Virus record (IMG/VR): IMGVR_UViG_3300030103_004875
Strand: one strand, 5' to 3'
Source of the DNA: a virus
DNA length: 64,000 nucleotides
The position numbers and the translations under genes were made by a program. The notes beneath the pieces were generated by a model. The model was not told where the DNA came from. It made no database searches and saw only the letters and a program-made list of their open reading frames with translations. Positions 49,892 to 59,770 of the stretch are shown in pieces. The number at the start of each line of letters is the position of its first letter. Position 1 is the first letter of the stretch.

Positions 49892-50915
49892 TTTGATAAA
49901 AGAAAGTGGAAATAAGTACGCAAGCATCGTTGATGACGGAATTTCTGGTTCTGATATTACGGGGTTTGTCGATACTGGTTCCTTTATATTTAATGCTCTC
50001 CTTAGTGGGTCAATTTATGGTGGGATACCTGACAATAAAATCATTGCACTTGCCGGAGAGTCAGCAACTGGTAAGACGTACTTTGCGTTGGGCGTGGTTC
50101 GTAAATTCCTGTCTGACAATCCCGACGCTGTTGTTCTTTATTTTGATTCTGAGCAAGCAGTAACTTCTGATATGATTCGGGATCGAGGAATTGATCCCAA
50201 GAGAGTTGCAGTAATGCCTGTCTCTACGGTAGAAGAGTTTCGTCACCAAGCAATCAGTATTGTTGATAAGTACACGGAATTGTCAGAAAAGAAACCAATG
50301 ATGATTGTTCTTGATTCTCTTGGTATGCTTTCTACTGAGAAGGAAATGAATGATACTGCCGAAGGTAAGACTACCCGAGATATGACTCGTGCCCAAGTAA
50401 TTAAAGCCACTTTCCGTGTCTTAACTTTGAAACTGGGAGCAGCGGGTATTCCTATGATCATGACGAATCATACCTACGATCAGGTTGGCTCGATGTTTCC
50501 CACAAAGCAAATGAGTGGCGGTGCAGGTCTTAAGTATGCCGCTTCTACTATTATTTTCCTTTCCAAGAAAAAGGTAAAGGAAGGAACTGATGTCATTGGT
50601 AACATCATTCATTGTAAATTATATAAGTCCAGATTAACAAAAGAGAACGCTATGGTTGACGTTCTTCTAAATTACGATAGTGGACTTCATCTTTACTATG
50701 GTCTATTGACTCTTGCTGAAAAGTATGATATAATCAAAAAGGTTTCGACGCGATATGAGTTCCCTGACGGAACAAAAGCCTATGAGAAGGCAGTCTATAA
50801 GAATCCAGAAAAATACTTTACAGCAGATATCATGAAGCAACTCAACGAAGTGGCACTCAAAGAGTTTACTTATGGTTCAGCAGAGGATAGTGATCAAACA
50901 AATGAAGGTGACTGA
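49881..50915 (+). CDS. uvsX: RecA-like recombinase UvsX
   Basis: [47 protein letters not shown]. Confidence 0.97.
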   Translation: MLNDLIKESGNKYASIVDDGISGSDITGFVDTGSFIFNALLSGSIYGGIPDNKIIALAGESATGKTYFALGVVRKFLSDNPDAVVLYFDSEQAVTSDMIRDRGIDPKRVAVMPVSTVEEFRHQAISIVDKYTELSEKKPMMIVLDSLGMLSTEKEMNDTAEGKTTRDMTRAQVIKATFRVLTLKLGAAGIPMIMTNHTYDQVGSMFPTKQMSGGAGLKYAASTIIFLSKKKVKEGTDVIGNIIHCKLYKSRLTKENAMVDVLLNYDSGLHLYYGLLTLAEKYDIIKKVSTRYEFPDGTKAYEKAVYKNPEKYFTADIMKQLNEVALKEFTYGSAEDSDQTNEGD

Positions 50916-52308
50916 AGACCTAATTTTAGAAAACTTGATGTTCAATGAAAACTTTACTCGTAAAGTAATTCCCTTTCTGAAAGAAGATTACTTTCAGGAT
51001 ACGATTAAGAGAACAATCTTCGTTGAGATCCGGGAGTTTTTCAACAAGTATAATCAGATGCCATCCAAAGATGCCCTGAATATTCAACTTGAAAAACGAA
51101 CGAATCTCAACGAGGATCAATTCAAATCTATTCTTAACTTAGTAGATTCTTTTGTGTATGACGAGGAGTCGGAAAAGTCCGATACTTGGATATACGATGA
51201 GACTGAAAACTTCTGCAAAGACCGTGCGATCTATAATGCTATTATGGATAGTATCCATATCATAGATGGTAAGTCTAAGACTCAAGATAAGAATGCAATA
51301 CCAGATCTTCTTAGTACTGCACTCGGTGTTTCTTTCAATGAGCATATCGGGCACGATTACATTTTTGATGCAGAGGATCGCTTCGATTTCTATCACAGGG
51401 TAGAGAAGAAGACTCCTTTCGATCTAGAGTTCTTCAATACTATTACAAATGGCGGTACACCCAACAAGACACTGAATGTGGTTATCGCCGGTACAGGTGT
51501 TGGTAAGTCATTATTTCTTTGTCACCATGCCGCAAATTGTCTTACCCAGAATCTAAATGTTCTTTATGTCACATGTGAAATGGCCGAGGAGAGAATCGCG
51601 GAACGAATTGATGCTAACTTATTCAACATTACTATGGATGAACTTAAAGAACTTCCAAAGCAAATGTATGATGCAAAGATCGAGAACATTAAAAAGAGTG
51701 TCGGTGGTAATCTTATCATCAAAGAATATCCTACGGCCACAGCAAATGTGAATCACTTTCGATCACTGCTAGATGAACTGAAGATTAAAAAGAGATTTGT
51801 TCCTGACATCATCTTTATTGATTATCTAAATATCTGTGCATCCGCTAGGATTAAAAATGGAGACGGCGGCGGTTCTTACTTTTACATTAAATCAATTGCA
51901 GAGGAACTCCGAGGACTTGCTGTTGAAAACAATGTTCCAATCTTCACTGCAACACAAACTAACCGAACTGGATTTTCCAGTAGTGATATTGGGTTGGAGG
52001 ATACTTCGGAATCCTTTGGATTACCTGCTACTGCCGACTTTATGTTTGCACTAATCTCTACCGAAGAGTTAGAAGAAATGCAGCAAATTATGGTGAAACA
52101 ACTTAAGAATCGATACAATGATACGGCAGTAAATCGTAAATTTATTCTAAATATCAATCGTGCAAAGATGAAACTTGAAGATGTAAAACTAGAGGAACAA
52201 AGTTTGATTGATGCCAACCAAACACCAACAGTTTCTGGTAATGGATTTGATCAGAAAAGTTTTGAAAAGAATTTCGATAAGAACAAATTTGATAATTGGA
52301 ATATTTGA
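50902..52308 (+). CDS. gp41: Replicative helicase gp41
   Basis: [58 protein letters not shown]. Confidence 0.97.
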   Translation: MKVTEDLILENLMFNENFTRKVIPFLKEDYFQDTIKRTIFVEIREFFNKYNQMPSKDALNIQLEKRTNLNEDQFKSILNLVDSFVYDEESEKSDTWIYDETENFCKDRAIYNAIMDSIHIIDGKSKTQDKNAIPDLLSTALGVSFNEHIGHDYIFDAEDRFDFYHRVEKKTPFDLEFFNTITNGGTPNKTLNVVIAGTGVGKSLFLCHHAANCLTQNLNVLYVTCEMAEERIAERIDANLFNITMDELKELPKQMYDAKIENIKKSVGGNLIIKEYPTATANVNHFRSLLDELKIKKRFVPDIIFIDYLNICASARIKNGDGGGSYFYIKSIAEELRGLAVENNVPIFTATQTNRTGFSSSDIGLEDTSESFGLPATADFMFALISTEELEEMQQIMVKQLKNRYNDTAVNRKFILNINRAKMKLEDVKLEEQSLIDANQTPTVSGNGFDQKSFEKNFDKNKFDNWNI

Positions 52309-53366
52309 TGAGTGGTTACATTGATAGAAAATATATCAATCTAGTTTCCCCCCAACTGGAACGATTTGCATGGAAAAGTGATACTCTTGCAAATTGCAGA
52401 TGTCCCATTTGCGGAGATTCTCAGAAAAATAAAAGAAAGGCCCGAGGATTCTTTTATCTAAAGGGTAATGATTATTTTTATAAGTGTCACAATTGCGGAG
52501 CAGGACATTCTTTGTATAGATTTTTAGAATCTGTTTGTGGTTCTTTATCAAAAGAATATTCTCTTGAGAGATGGAGGAACGGAGAAAATGCTCGTTCTAA
52601 TTATGTAAAACCCAAGGAAGAAAATATGTTTAATTTCAAACAACCAAAGTTCAAACCCAAGCATGACTTACTGAAACCTCTGGTGTCCGTGAAAGATCTG
52701 CCATCTGATCATATATGTCGAGAATTTGTAGAGATGAGAAAAATACCCAAGAAGTTTTATGATGTTCTTTACTATACAGATAACTTCTTGGATTATATGA
52801 GGATGATAGACCCTGAACTGAATCCCGCAAAATGGACAAACACAGAACCTCGTCTGGTCATTCCCTTCTTCAATAAAGATAATGATGTTGTTGCAGTTCA
52901 GGGCCGATCACTTTCATTGAAGGACGAGTACAACGCTCGAACCACTCTGCGTTACATCACCGTCAAGTCGGACAAGTCGATTGAACGACTCTGGTATGGT
53001 ATGTGGCGTGCAAATCCAAAGAAGCGTGTCTATGTTGTCGAAGGACCTTTGGATAGTATGTTTGTTCCTAACACCGTGGCAATGGTCGGTGCTGCTGCTA
53101 TTGATCGAGTGCCGGCACGATTCGCTAATACTGACATGGTTTACGTTCTTGACAATGAACCACGAAATCTTCAGATTGTGAAGTTCAATGAAAATCTCAT
53201 TGAACAAGGTAAGACTGTTTGTATTTGGCCGAATGGGATTAGAGATAAAGACATCAATGACATGATCTATAGATTCAGTCCGAAACAAATTAAGAAGATG
53301 ATGGACGATAACGCAGTGTCCGGACTCGAAGCAAAAATGAGACTAAATCGATGGAGGAAAGTATAG
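52308..53366 (+). CDS. gp61: DNA primase gp61
   Basis: CRCPICGDS..YKCHNCG zinc finger, RLVIPF, QGR, VEGPLDS, DNEPRN, KDIND. Confidence 0.97.
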   Translation: MSGYIDRKYINLVSPQLERFAWKSDTLANCRCPICGDSQKNKRKARGFFYLKGNDYFYKCHNCGAGHSLYRFLESVCGSLSKEYSLERWRNGENARSNYVKPKEENMFNFKQPKFKPKHDLLKPLVSVKDLPSDHICREFVEMRKIPKKFYDVLYYTDNFLDYMRMIDPELNPAKWTNTEPRLVIPFFNKDNDVVAVQGRSLSLKDEYNARTTLRYITVKSDKSIERLWYGMWRANPKKRVYVVEGPLDSMFVPNTVAMVGAAAIDRVPARFANTDMVYVLDNEPRNLQIVKFNENLIEQGKTVCIWPNGIRDKDINDMIYRFSPKQIKKMMDDNAVSGLEAKMRLNRWRKV

Positions 53367-53367
53367 A

Positions 53368-54093
53368 ATGAGTGAAACGGTATTAGACAAAGGACATGTT
53401 CATTTGGTTGATCATATGGGTTCGGATCTCATGGTATGCAACGCAGCACGGGTTTCTTTCTCTAAGGATACCGAGTGGGAGGTAGACGAGGAAGCAGTGA
53501 AAAGACTTCGTGAGAGTGGATCCTCGTATCATAAAGAAGACGTACAGAAGTTAGGTGAACGGGATGTGAAGTTACTTAAGTATCTTGCGAAGCACCAACA
53601 CTGGACACCATTCGCACACCCGCAGATTACTTTACGGGTGAAAGCGCCTGTGTCTATTCGTACTCAGATGTTCAAACATAAGCAGGGGTTCGTGGAGAAC
53701 GAGATTAGTCGTCGTTATGTTTCGTTTGAACCTGAGTTTTATTCTCCAGAATGGAGAGGAAAACCGACTGATGGCGCAAAACAGGGTAGTGATGATTTCA
53801 TAGAGATCAAACCAGATATTCAAAAGACATTTGATAATATGCTGGAAGGTTGTATGAGAACTTATAATGATCTTCTAGAAGCGGGCGTAGCACCCGAACA
53901 GGCAAGATTTATGCTTCCACAGGGAATGTATACTGAGTGGTATTGGACGGGTTCCCTTGCTGCCTATGCTCGATTCTACAAGCAACGAATCGATACACAT
54001 GCACAGTACGAAGTCAGAGAATATGCGAAAGCAATCGGTGTTCTAATTTCCCGACTTTTCCCGGTATCGTGGAAATGTCTAACCTGCCATTGA
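53368..54093 (+). CDS. thyX: Flavin-dependent thymidylate synthase ThyX
   Basis: NAARVSF, HWTPF, NEISRRYV, PEQAR..LPQ, R...HAQ.E. Confidence 0.95.
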   Translation: MSETVLDKGHVHLVDHMGSDLMVCNAARVSFSKDTEWEVDEEAVKRLRESGSSYHKEDVQKLGERDVKLLKYLAKHQHWTPFAHPQITLRVKAPVSIRTQMFKHKQGFVENEISRRYVSFEPEFYSPEWRGKPTDGAKQGSDDFIEIKPDIQKTFDNMLEGCMRTYNDLLEAGVAPEQARFMLPQGMYTEWYWTGSLAAYARFYKQRIDTHAQYEVREYAKAIGVLISRLFPVSWKCLTCH

Positions 54094-54096
54094 CTA

Positions 54097-54104
54097 TATA
54101 AGTA
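54097..54104 (+). promoter_or_regulatory. Putative late-type promoter (TATAAGTA) upstream of the RNR
   Basis: One mismatch to TATAAATA; intergenic. Confidence 0.4.
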
Positions 54105-54135
54105 ACCAACAAGAATACAAGGAGTTTTCTACATT

Positions 54136-56085
54136 ATGCAATTACCATCTTTATACCAGTCATTTATTCATCTTTCTCGTTATTCTCGTTGGTTAGATAA
54201 TGAAGGTAGAAGAGAAACGTGGCCAGAGACGGTTTCTAGGTATTTTGATTTTTTCACTGAACATCTAAAAGAAGAATGTAACTATGATGTTCCCGATAAA
54301 CTCAGAAAGGAATTAGAAAAAGCCGTAACTAACCTAGAAATTATGCCTTCTATGCGAGCACTAATGACCGCAGGGGAGGCGTTAAAAAGAGACAATGTTG
54401 CAGGGTACAATTGTTCTTACGTCAGTGCAAGTAAAGTTAAGTCGTTTGATGAGATTCTGTACATCCTCATGTGCGGGACAGGAGTCGGGTTCTCCGTAGA
54501 ACGCGACCTCATCAAAACCCTACCGACGATAGCAGAGGAGTTCGAAGACAGTGATACAACAATTATTGTCAAAGATTCAAAAATGGGTTGGGCGAAAGCC
54601 TATAGAGAATTGTTTAGCCTTCTCATTGGAGGTCAAATTCCAAAATGGGACACGAGCAAAGTTCGTCCTGCCGGCGCGCGCCTTAAGACTTTTGGAGGTA
54701 GAGCCTCCGGACCCGAACCGCTCGAAGACCTCTTCAAGTTTACCGTCGAAACTTTCCGAAAAGCAGCAGGTAGAAAACTTACTTCTATCGAATGTCACGA
54801 TATCATCTGCAAGATTGCGGAGATTGTTGTTGTCGGAGGTGTTCGAAGATCAGCCCTTATCTCTCTCTCCTCGTTAACTGATGAGAGAATGAGAGACGCG
54901 AAGAGTGGTGCATGGTGGGAAGCAGATTCACAGAGAGCACTTGCGAACAACTCTGTATCCTACAGGGAAAAACCAGAGCCTGGCACATTCATGGAAGAAT
55001 GGACCGCTCTATACAAGTCTAAGAGTGGTGAGCGTGGAATCTTCAACCGAGAAGCAGCACAGATGCAGGTTGAAAAGGCAAATGCATTTAGAACCAAGAT
55101 AGATTCCGAATACCGAACCCGAGACTCGAATCACTTGTTTGGAACAAACCCTTGTTCCGAGATTATCCTTCGGGACCGTGAGTTTTGTAATCTTACAGAA
55201 GTTGTGGTCCGTGCCGATGATACTGATAAGAGTCTGACACGCAAGGTTAAACTTGCTACCATTCTTGGCACTTGGCAATCAACTCTTCTCAACTTTCGAT
55301 TCCTCTCTGGTGAGTGGAAGAAGAATTGTGAAGAAGAACGCTTGCTCGGTGTGTCACTTACTGGTATAATGGATTGTGATATAACCAGAAGTGGAGATGG
55401 GTTGGATTTGAGACTTCAGAGACTTCGTAGTACAGCAATCAAGACGAACAAGGAACATGCCGACGATCTCGGTATTCCCCAGTCCGCTGCAATTACATGT
55501 GTAAAACCATCGGGAACTGTTTCTCAATTAACTGACGCAGCATCTGGTATTCATGCTCGTCATAACTCACATTACATTCGCACTGTGAGAGCAGATAATA
55601 AAGATCCTTTGTGTTCTTTCATGAAGGATAAGGGATTTCCGCATGAAGCAGATGTCATGAAACCAGATCATGTCACTGTGTTCTCTTTCCCTGTAAGATC
55701 GCCTGCTGGTTGTGTCACTCGCAATGACATGACAGCGATCGAACAACTTGAACTTTGGTTAGTTTATCAACGACACTGGTGTGAGCATAAACCATCCGTT
55801 ACGATCACTGTTCGGGAAGAAGAATGGCCTACTGTGGGTGGATGGGTATATGATCACTTTGATGAGATTTCTGGTATTTCTTTCTTACCTCATAGTGATC
55901 ACTCATATCGTCAAGCACCTTATCAGGATTGTACTCATGATGAGTTCAACGAATTGCTCGAAAAAATGCCAGTCGATGTTGACTGGAGCGGTCTTGGAGA
56001 GTATGAAAAGGAGGATAATACCTCTGGATCCCAGACAATGGCTTGTTCTGGGAACTCTTGCGAGATTGTAGACTTAACAAACTGA
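54136..56085 (+). CDS. nrdJ: Ribonucleotide reductase, class II (adenosylcobalamin-dependent, RTPR-like)
   Basis: SRYSRW..RRETW.ETV, YNCS, GTGVGFS, TNPCSEI, CNLTE, VKPSGT, C-terminal ACSGNSC; no NrdB nearby. Confidence 0.88.
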   Translation: MQLPSLYQSFIHLSRYSRWLDNEGRRETWPETVSRYFDFFTEHLKEECNYDVPDKLRKELEKAVTNLEIMPSMRALMTAGEALKRDNVAGYNCSYVSASKVKSFDEILYILMCGTGVGFSVERDLIKTLPTIAEEFEDSDTTIIVKDSKMGWAKAYRELFSLLIGGQIPKWDTSKVRPAGARLKTFGGRASGPEPLEDLFKFTVETFRKAAGRKLTSIECHDIICKIAEIVVVGGVRRSALISLSSLTDERMRDAKSGAWWEADSQRALANNSVSYREKPEPGTFMEEWTALYKSKSGERGIFNREAAQMQVEKANAFRTKIDSEYRTRDSNHLFGTNPCSEIILRDREFCNLTEVVVRADDTDKSLTRKVKLATILGTWQSTLLNFRFLSGEWKKNCEEERLLGVSLTGIMDCDITRSGDGLDLRLQRLRSTAIKTNKEHADDLGIPQSAAITCVKPSGTVSQLTDAASGIHARHNSHYIRTVRADNKDPLCSFMKDKGFPHEADVMKPDHVTVFSFPVRSPAGCVTRNDMTAIEQLELWLVYQRHWCEHKPSVTITVREEEWPTVGGWVYDHFDEISGISFLPHSDHSYRQAPYQDCTHDEFNELLEKMPVDVDWSGLGEYEKEDNTSGSQTMACSGNSCEIVDLTN

Positions 56086-56107
56086 TCTAAATCATAAGGA
56101 GAAAAAA

Positions 56108-57130
56108 ATGAAAATGATCAATGCTATTATTGCATCCTTGGCACTCAGTGGAGTTGCTGCTGCCGGGGAACAGGAAATGGATGTGCTCGATCGCGTCCAG
56201 ATTGATGCCGCTACTCGCGCATCATTAAAGTCAGACTGGTTGTCGGTGAACCTCGGCGGTTTTCTTCAAACAGGTTGGCAGTATTCAAACGGTGGTGACC
56301 TTCCAGCAGAGAATGGTTTCTTCGTTCAGCGTGCAAGACTCGAACTTTCAGGAGATATGAGTGATGAATCAATGTCGTATCAGGTCGCAGGTGAGTGGAG
56401 CGATTCCACTGGTAGCTTCGATCTTATTGATGCTAACCTCACTCTTCGCATGTTCGACTTTGCCAATGTCCGGGTCGGCCGGTTCGTCTCCAGTTTTTAC
56501 ACCGGATTCGTTGACAACCCAACCCATCTTACAACCAAGAACTACAGTGTCTCAGCCCTCACCTTCGGTCAAGGCCGAGGAGACGGTGTTGAACTCTTCC
56601 GAAGTTTCGGGGACATCGAAGTTAGTGCCTTCTACAACAATGGTTTCAGCAACCTCGGCGGAGTCGGTAGTAACAACTATGCCCTCGGTATTGTCGGGCG
56701 TTATGACCTTGGCGACGGTCTTGCTTTTAGTGGTGGGTTTGCAAGTAATTCTGTCGGACCGCAAACGGTAAACAATCTTACTGCCAGTGGTTCTTACGTT
56801 AGTGGTCCTTGGGACGCTTCCGTTGAGTTTATTATCAACAACCAAGGTGAGGACTTTGACAACTGGTCGCTAGTTTCCACGGTTGGTTATCAGTGTACTG
56901 ATGACTTCCAAGGATTTGCTCAATGGGAGTGGGGTGATTACGATGGTAGTCTGAACTTACTCACCGTTGGTGGTAACTATGATCTCGGACATAATCTCGT
57001 CTGGACCAACACCGTTGGTCTTGCGATGGACAGTCTTGGATCAAACTTTGTAACGGACAACACTGGATGGCGCGCCGGTAGCGGTGGTGGACAGTGGGTT
57101 GCCCGTAGTGTAATTACTTTTAGTTTCTGA
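56108..57130 (+). CDS. Outer-membrane porin (OprO/OprP-like beta-barrel)
   Basis: Signal peptide MKMINAIIASLALSGVAAA; F.VQRARL.LSG; LIDA..VRVGRF; amphipathic strands; C-terminal Phe (ITFSF); strong RBS. Confidence 0.85.
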   Translation: MKMINAIIASLALSGVAAAGEQEMDVLDRVQIDAATRASLKSDWLSVNLGGFLQTGWQYSNGGDLPAENGFFVQRARLELSGDMSDESMSYQVAGEWSDSTGSFDLIDANLTLRMFDFANVRVGRFVSSFYTGFVDNPTHLTTKNYSVSALTFGQGRGDGVELFRSFGDIEVSAFYNNGFSNLGGVGSNNYALGIVGRYDLGDGLAFSGGFASNSVGPQTVNNLTASGSYVSGPWDASVEFIINNQGEDFDNWSLVSTVGYQCTDDFQGFAQWEWGDYDGSLNLLTVGGNYDLGHNLVWTNTVGLAMDSLGSNFVTDNTGWRAGSGGGQWVARSVITFSF

Positions 57131-57151
57131 ATTTAATAAAGGAGATATAAA

Positions 57152-57439
57152 ATGGCTAATAAAGTAGAAACATGTTCAACTTCATGCTGTCCTTGGGGAT
57201 GGCTCGGTAAGAGATTCTTTGGTCTTTCACTTGGACTTTGGTTCATTGTGTTTGCAGTTCTTCCGCATACCGTTCAGGGTCTTTCGTGGACTGCTAACAT
57301 GATTTCCAGTGCCTGGAGACCATCAGAACGTGTGGTTGTTGTTGAACCAGTTGAGATGCGACCGGTCCGTGCTGAAATGACAGATCCGCGAGGAATCCGT
57401 CGTGGGGTTGTTCGACCAACTCCAGCACCTTCCGAGTAA
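57152..57439 (+). CDS. Small membrane protein
   Basis: AAGGAG RBS; N-terminal CSTSCC; hydrophobic FFGLSLGLWFIVFAVLP. Confidence 0.65.
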   Translation: MANKVETCSTSCCPWGWLGKRFFGLSLGLWFIVFAVLPHTVQGLSWTANMISSAWRPSERVVVVEPVEMRPVRAEMTDPRGIRRGVVRPTPAPSE

Positions 57440-57486
57440 AAATTTATATATAGTGTACACTTAAAATTTAAGTGGATCACTCCTGC

Positions 57487-57520
57487 GCACGGGGATGCAT
57501 ATGCATCCCCGTGTTTTTTT
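57487..57520 (+). terminator. Rho-independent terminator built on a perfect 26-bp palindrome
   Basis: CACGGGGATGCATATGCATCCCCGTG (57488-57513) followed by T7. Confidence 0.9.
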
Positions 57521-57528
57521 GATAAATA
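57521..57528 (+). promoter_or_regulatory. Putative late promoter (GATAAATA)
   Basis: Immediately after the terminator, 5 nt before ATG 57534; same layout as gp23 terminator-gp3. Confidence 0.55.
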
Positions 57529-57533
57529 ATAGT

Positions 57534-58112
57534 ATGAGCGAAAAGGAATTTATAGCTGGAATAGATTATAGTTTATGTGGACCTGCAATTTGTATCAGTG
57601 ATATGAATGAGCCATTTGACTTTTATAGTTGTGAGTTTTTCTTTCTTACTAATATTAAAAAATATGCAAAGAAAATAAAACAAAATATCACTGGAGAGAC
57701 ATTTCTAGACTATAATCAAGAGATTCAGAGATATGAAACAATAGCAGACTGGGCAGTGGATAAGGTTGTGGGGTGCTCTCGCATAGGCCTTGAAGGATAT
57801 GCTTATAACGCTACCGGAAAGATCTTTCATATAGCAGAAAATACTGGTGTCCTGAAGTATAAATTATACCAAAAATCTCTTCCTGTTGATGTATTCACTC
57901 CCAGCGTAATTAAAAAGTTTGCAACTGGCAAGGGAAACGCGAGTAAAGAAAAAATGTATGAATCGTTCTTGCAGGAGACAGGTGTTCCCCTCAACTCTTT
58001 TTTGGGGATGTCTAGGCAAAAAACGGAACCTCAGAAAATAAAAAGTCCAGTATCTGATATAGTGGACTCATATTATATTTGTAAATTTTTAAGATATGAA
58101 ATTATTGTTTAG
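57534..58112 (+). CDS. RuvC-like Holliday junction resolvase
   Basis: IAGIDYSL, LEGYAY, IAENTGVLK, KKFATGKGNASKE, DIVDSY. Confidence 0.85.
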   Translation: MSEKEFIAGIDYSLCGPAICISDMNEPFDFYSCEFFFLTNIKKYAKKIKQNITGETFLDYNQEIQRYETIADWAVDKVVGCSRIGLEGYAYNATGKIFHIAENTGVLKYKLYQKSLPVDVFTPSVIKKFATGKGNASKEKMYESFLQETGVPLNSFLGMSRQKTEPQKIKSPVSDIVDSYYICKFLRYEIIV

Positions 58113-58317
58113 GTTTTTTGAATTCGTGCCACACTAAAAGTCCAACGCCTATTGTTACAGTTCCCCATATGATGTAAGGGAAAATGCTGTCAGATTCCTT
58201 TGATTCGCTTTCGTAACTAGGAGGTTTTTCGGTTCTTGTGTAATCGGATCCTCTTAAAGTTTGAGTGCCAGCACAACCGACTAGGAATATAATGCATCCA
58301 ATTAGTAAATTTTTCAT
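58102..58317 (-). CDS. Small lipoprotein with C-terminal TM helix (possible spanin-like)
   Basis: Lipobox LVGC after MKNLLIGCIIF; C-terminal hydrophobic segment followed by KKPK. Confidence 0.55.
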   Translation of the reverse strand: MKNLLIGCIIFLVGCAGTQTLRGSDYTRTEKPPSYESESKESDSIFPYIIWGTVTIGVGLLVWHEFKKPKQ

Positions 58318-59321
58318 GGGGTTTCACCTTTATATAATCTTCTAACTCTTCCTTTTGAGAATTCCACTATTTTACTAAAAAGACTTTCAATGTGATTGTC
58401 ATAGTAATTCCCTTGCGTTTCTGATAGCAAAGCGTACCATACTGAGATATGTCTAGTCTCTTTTAGTAGTTGACATATCTCAGTTGCGTTTTGAACATCT
58501 GCGTTCTGATTGCTTGATTGATCCGGATTGTTATTTGTGTTTCCCTCTGTTTGATGAGAAATGATCGGGATCATTGGTTTTGAATAACCAAACTCTGCTC
58601 TTAATGCTCTTCTTATCTGTTTTGCTTGGTATGTTCTGTCCCCGTTTATGGTTCTTTCATACGCCGGATGTCCCTCTGGGTAATAGTGATAAAACACCGG
58701 GGAAAGGAAATCTACCGAATCGTAGAAAGTTCTGGGAAGTAAGGTGTTTGATTGTCCATTTGAGTCATATACAACTTTTGACGCAGATATGAAGTTATTG
58801 ATTCTTGTTTCTAGGTTTCCCAGACCTGAATTATGACTAGTTCCATATCTCCAAACACCGATCTTTGCTTTCGGAACAAACTCTCTCAGTACCTTTATTC
58901 TTTTGATTAGACCTTTAACAAATATTTCAATATGTTCTTGTGAAAGATTTTCAATCGAAAGAAAGTTAAATGGTTTCTCTATGTCAATTATGATATAACC
59001 TTTTGTCTCTGAGTTAAGGTAAGTGTTCCTTATTACCCCTCTTGCGTCACCGTTGTTTATGAGGGTTTCTAATTTTTCTCGGATCTGATCTTCGGTGACT
59101 TCATCATATTCTTGTATCGCTTCTGGCCCGGTGTCATTTATACCAAGCAGATCTGAGTTACCAAACCAGAATATGCTGGTTTTTTTCCCGGTTAGTATGT
59201 CCTCCGGATTTGTTGCTACCCTAATTACTCCAGGCGCCAGAGTTATATCTCTTCGTTTTTTTATACGAAATTTTTTAAACCAAGAAACTAATCTTCCTAT
59301 TGAAATTTTAATTATTTTCAT
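58314..59321 (-). CDS. Hypothetical protein, possible TIM-barrel glycoside hydrolase
   Basis: IIIDIEKP (DxE), PKAKIGVW, VDFLSPVFY. Confidence 0.45.
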   Translation of the reverse strand: MKIIKISIGRLVSWFKKFRIKKRRDITLAPGVIRVATNPEDILTGKKTSIFWFGNSDLLGINDTGPEAIQEYDEVTEDQIREKLETLINNGDARGVIRNTYLNSETKGYIIIDIEKPFNFLSIENLSQEHIEIFVKGLIKRIKVLREFVPKAKIGVWRYGTSHNSGLGNLETRINNFISASKVVYDSNGQSNTLLPRTFYDSVDFLSPVFYHYYPEGHPAYERTINGDRTYQAKQIRRALRAEFGYSKPMIPIISHQTEGNTNNNPDQSSNQNADVQNATEICQLLKETRHISVWYALLSETQGNYYDNHIESLFSKIVEFSKGRVRRLYKGETP

Positions 59322-59770
59322 CGGTTCTTTCCTGCTGCGTTACCGAAGTAGAATCCTACAATGGTAACTAGAATTTGTCTATTCTCCTGAGTAAACAAAA
59401 ACCCATTTATACTCTCGAAGGAAATGTAAGTATTGGTCCCGAATAATCCAAAGAAATCAAGGGGTGCGTAGCGAGTTTCTTTCAACTCTACCACTGTTGG
59501 AATTGAGAAAAATGGTAAAATGAATGGTGCCATAATGGTCCCAAACAAAATCGATAGAACAATAATTCTACGAACTACTTTTCCTGCTTCGATCGAAACT
59601 CGACTGGCGGCCGCATCTGCAACCTCACTATTCTTATCAATCAGGGACAGGGTTCTTTCGAACCTCTCTTTTTCGTCCTGTCGTCTTTCTGCTATCGATT
59701 TGAAGATAAATCCGGCGAGACTTCCGCCTATCATCGAGAGAAATTCAGTTGTCAGTAGACTTTCTAGCAT
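59318..59770 (-). CDS. Holin-like multi-TM membrane protein
   Basis: Start MLESLLTTEF at 59770; TM segments, VRRIIVL.., terminal IVGFYFG. Confidence 0.6.
   Translation of the reverse strand: MLESLLTTEFLSMIGGSLAGFIFKSIAERRQDEKERFERTLSLIDKNSEVADAAASRVSIEAGKVVRRIIVLSILFGTIMAPFILPFFSIPTVVELKETRYAPLDFFGLFGTNTYISFESINGFLFTQENRQILVTIVGFYFGNAAGKNR

Noticed and set aside
47137-56085. Inteins or group I introns in polymerase, helicase, ThyX or RNR
   Set aside because: Protein lengths are normal, motifs are contiguous, and no splicing or LAGLIDADG signatures were seen.
54136-56085. Class I NrdA
   Set aside because: No NrdB is adjacent, and the length and N-terminal motif fit the class II RTPR-like type; an HMM search would settle it.
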